Below, piece by piece: positions 60,461 to 64,000 of a stretch of DNA of 64,000 nucleotides. The position numbers and the translations under genes were made by a program. Where the stretch lies: positions 124,001 through 188,000 of the forward strand of contig OY253672.1 in NCBI GenBank assembly GCA_958009085.1. The letters are read 5' to 3'. The stretch comes from Protoeuglena noctilucae. Taxonomy: Eukaryota. The notes under the pieces were generated by a model. It saw nothing but the letters and a program-made list of their open reading frames with translations. It had not been told where the DNA came from and did no database searches. Each line of letters begins with the position of its first letter. Position 1 is the stretch's first letter.

Positions 60461-63400
60461 ATGGACCTCGGCCTTTGTTTGTTCAGCGCCCTCCGATGCC
60501 CCGCAGCTGCCCCACCCCCCCGCGAGCGCAGAGGACGCTTGGAGCGCACGATGACCGGCAAGCAGCGGACGCTGGCGGCCGTGTGGGGCGGCTCGCGGGG
60601 TGCGGTCACATCGCCGGGCGGTGGGGCCGGGTCCCCCGCCGACAGCGCCCCGAGCCGCAAGCGGGACCGCGACGAGGTGATGGCAGAGTCGGCTGTGTGC
60701 CAGCCAGCGCAGAGCCTGCCATGCTGGACGATTGATTTGCGGCTCATTGTTGCGGGTGGGGCGGTGCTTTGCGCCTGACGACAGCTCCTCACCCACCCCG
60801 CAGTCAGCCGAAGCGGGGGCGGCTGGCCCTAGCCCCCCCAAGCGGCTGCGGAGGGCTGACGGTGACCAGGCGGGGGTGCAGGCACCCAGCCCAGCTGGGG
60901 CAGCCAGCACAGCTGGGGCCGCTGGCCTCGAGGACGACGTGGAGGAGGAGGGCGGCAAGGGAGTTGAGGCACGGGGCGACGCTGGGGGGAGGCAGAGGGC
61001 GGTCCCGGCGACTGCAAGGCATGGCCGGGGCAAGATGGGCGACGTGGGTGAGCGCCCGTTGCTCCTGCCCGCGCGCCGCTCCCAGGCGACCGCCGGCGCC
61101 ATGGCAAGGCGCTGCCGTCTCCGTCCTGCAGGGGACGAGGACAGCGAGGATGCCGGGGGGTACGGGGACGACAGCGGAGACGAGGCGGAGAGTGACGCTG
61201 AGGAGGCAGAGGGGGCCAAGGGCCGGGCCAAGGGTGGTTCGGGAAGGCGCGCAACGGGGGCGGAAGCAGGGGGTGGGCGCGGTGGGGCGCAGACGCTGGT
61301 GCTGGCGCGAGAGTACGCGTCCTGCGACGTGGACGCGGCCGTGACGTGGACGCGCGGGCAGCCCATCCCTTACGAGGTGTGCGGTGGTGCCGGTCAGTGT
61401 CATACCCTCACCTGGGCAGAGGTGGCCCACGGTGACCACCGCCATGTTGGCTCAACCACCTGCATCTCTCCCGTCTGCAGTACCTCGCGGACGTGCTGGA
61501 GGAGGTGGCCGAGATGTCGTCCCAGGGGCGCCTGGCCAAGACGGGCGTCCTCACGCGCACCTTCCGCGCTGTGCTCAAGGCTGCCCCCGAGGAACTCCTC
61601 CCCATGGGTGCGGTGCAGGAGGGCCCTGGCTGCTCGGCTGCGCCCGTCACGCCAGCACGACAGCCGTCACCCACCCATGCCCACGCAGTCTATCTCTGCG
61701 CCAACCGCGTGGCCCCGGCACACGAGGGCATCGAGCTGGGCATAGGGGACGCCACGCTCATCAAGGCGCTGGCCGGCGCCACGGGGAGGAGCGAGGTGGG
61801 GCGGGGTTGGGTGGGGCGATGGCGTGTTACGCAACATGGCTGCCCCTGCGATGCCTGCGTCCCCTCTGCGCCGCAGAAGCAAGTGAAGCAGGACTATGCG
61901 GAGAAGGGCGACCTGGGCACCCTGGCCGTGGCGAGCAGGAACACCCAGAAGACGCTGGTGAGGGGGTGGGCAGGGCAGGGATGGCGATGCGTGACACACG
62001 CGACATGCGCCTGTTGCCCCGTCCCTCACGTGTTCAGGTGTGACAAGCACCCCACTTGCCCCTTTCCCCGCAGTTCAAGCAGAAGCGCCTGACTGTGCAG
62101 GGGGTCTTCAAGGCCTTCCGCGACATCGCCACCACGCAGGGGCAGGGGTCGCAGACGCGCAAGCAGGGCGCCATCGCCAAGCTGCTATCGGCCAGCCAGG
62201 CGAGCACAGCGAGCGAAGAGAGGGTCCGCAGCTGCATGGCGGACTGGACCTGTGACGCGAATGCTGCAGTCTACCCTCCCTCCTCAATGCAGGGCAACGA
62301 GGCGGGGTACATCATGCGGTCGCTGCAAGGCAAACTCCGGATCGGTCTGGCGGACCAGACGCTGCTGGCGGCGCTGGCCCACGCGGCCCTTCTGCACCAC
62401 ATGGAGAAGCGGGGGGAGGCACTGCGGGGGGAGCAGCTGGCCGAGGTGGGCAGCGTGGCAGGGGTACGTGCGCAGACGTGTGACGGTGTGGCTGTGGACG
62501 CCCTGCTCGCCTTCTCTACGCAGCGCATGGTCCGCGCCGAGGGCATTGTGAAGAAGGCCTACAGCGACCTCCCCAGCTTCGACCTGGTGGTGCCTCCGCT
62601 GGCGGAGTACGGGCCCGACGCCCTCCCGGAGCACTGCACCTTCCGACCAGGCTTGCCGGGTGAGCGTGGGGGCAGAGCATCACTGGGCATGTTGACCGCC
62701 GGGTGATGTATGGAACAGAGCGCCCCCCCTGGCCTCGCAACCTCATCCCACATCGCCCCTTCCATGCCCCCCCGCAGTCAAGCCCATGCTGGCCAAGGCC
62801 ACGACGGCGGTGCAGGAGGTGCTGGACAAGTTCGAGGGGCGAGAGTTCACGTGCGAGTACAAGTACGACGGGGAGAGGGCGCAGGTGGGGTTATGGGATG
62901 GATCGGATGGCAGGGGTGTCGCTGCCAGGGCTGGCACGCACATGCTTAGCACCCCGTCTGCCCCTTCTAACCCAGGTGCACGTGATGGATCACGGGCGCG
63001 CCGTCAAGATCTACTCCCGCAACCTCGAGGACATGACGGGCAAGTACCCGGACATCGTGGCGAGGGTGCCGCGGGCCCTGGCCGAGGGGACCGAGAGCGT
63101 CGTCCTGGACTGCGAGGCCGTGGCGTGGGACGCGGCGGCGGGGAAGATCCTGCCCTTCCAGGCGAGTGGGCGCGGAGTCGGGTCGTCTCACTTGTGTGTG
63201 GCAGACCCCGGTCTCAGGTCTGCCCTCTTGCTCATCACCACGTCGTCTCCCTCGGCAGGTGCTCTCCAAGCGCGCCCGCAAGGACGTGACGGTGGAGAGC
63301 ATCAAGGTGCAGGTCATCCTCTACGCCTTCGACTGCCTCTACCGCAACGGGGAGCCGCTCCTGGACCGACCACTCACGGAGGTGAGCCCAGGGCAGGGAC

Positions 63401-64000
63401 ATATGTTACAAATCAAACCGCTTCCTCCCCGCATGCCCTGCCGTCGCTGCACCTGCCACCCTGCCTGCCCTGCATGCCCTGCCAATGCCACACTCCCCCA
63501 CGCCCCACCCCGCAGCGCCGCGCCGCCCTGTACTCGTCCGTGCGCCCCGTCCCCGGGGAGGTGGCCTTCGCCGAGGCGCGCACCTCGAACGACCTGGAGG
63601 AGCTGACGCGCTTCCTGGACGACGCCGTGGTGGCATCCACGGAGGGCCTGATCGTCAAGACGCTGAGCGACCCCTACGAGCCCTCCAAGCGGTCGCTCAA
63701 CTGGCTTAAGCTCAAGAAGGACTACCTGAACACCGTGGGGGACACCATCGACGCCGTGCCCATCGGGTGAGAGAGTGGGGTTGCATGGCACGGTGGGGCA
63801 CGTGGCGTTGCATACACAGCTGCGGGCGCATGCTCCGCGTATGCGAGGTACAGACACTGGGACGCCTCGTGCTCCGCAGAGCGTGGTACGGCCGCGGCAA
63901 GCGCACGGGCGTGTACGGTTCCTTCCTGCTTGCCATCTACGACCCCGAGAGCGAAGAGTACCAGGCGAGGGAGCACATGCAGGCAGGGATGTTCAATGAC
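60461..64000 (+). CDS. LIG1: DNA ligase I (runs off window end)
   Basis: VYLCANRVAPAHEGIELGIGD, RSLQGKLRIGLADQT, catalytic CEYKYDGERAQ, KIYSRNLE, VLDCEAV, YAFDCLY, EGLIVKTL and WLKLKKDY. Confidence 0.97.

Noticed and set aside
59543..60554. ORFs of 195-277 aa between BUB1 and LIG1
   Set aside because: No recognisable domain or clear exon structure; long ORFs are expected by chance at this GC, and the region is probably a bidirectional promoter.
24400..64000. Many long Arg/Pro/Gly/Ala-rich ORFs overlapping real genes (e.g. 28317-30047, 39687-41300, 55245-56921)
   Set aside because: Shadow frames caused by stop-codon scarcity in ~70% GC coding DNA.

Overview
Gene-dense, intron-rich nuclear DNA from a very GC-rich eukaryote. 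It is most likely a chlorophyte green alga, judged from the starch isoamylase, the RWP-RK and CCT-motif genes and the short spliceosomal introns; the species cannot be determined from sequence alone. From ~24.4 kb to the end lies a run of housekeeping genes: a choline-transporter-like protein, a CCT-motif protein, ISA3, a NOL8-like RRM protein, a class IV aminotransferase, MPS1, CCT3, SCYL1, MED10, eIF3g, an M20 amidohydrolase, NDUFB3, TIM23, the NUP160 3' part, the BUB1/MadBub 5' part and LIG1. The first 24 kb are unusual: two different low-GC cassettes each start immediately after a near-identical copy of the 3' end of an ER DnaJ gene. Cassette A (1945-5157) holds two head-to-head RWP-RK transcription-factor genes, one with MID-like architecture. 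Cassette B (11358-~23450) holds a ~2,770-codon single-pass membrane protein gene with two premature stops and a degenerate ankyrin gene, and ends at a diverged SCYL1 3' fragment. The duplicated DnaJ fragment carries a 3.9-kb non-autonomous CACTA-type transposon. I infer that this is a mating-type-like locus with two alternative idiomorphs placed in tandem and partly decaying. Caveats: a 200-N gap separates the two cassettes, exon models were built by hand, GC values are visual estimates, and family assignments come from recognised motifs, not database searches.
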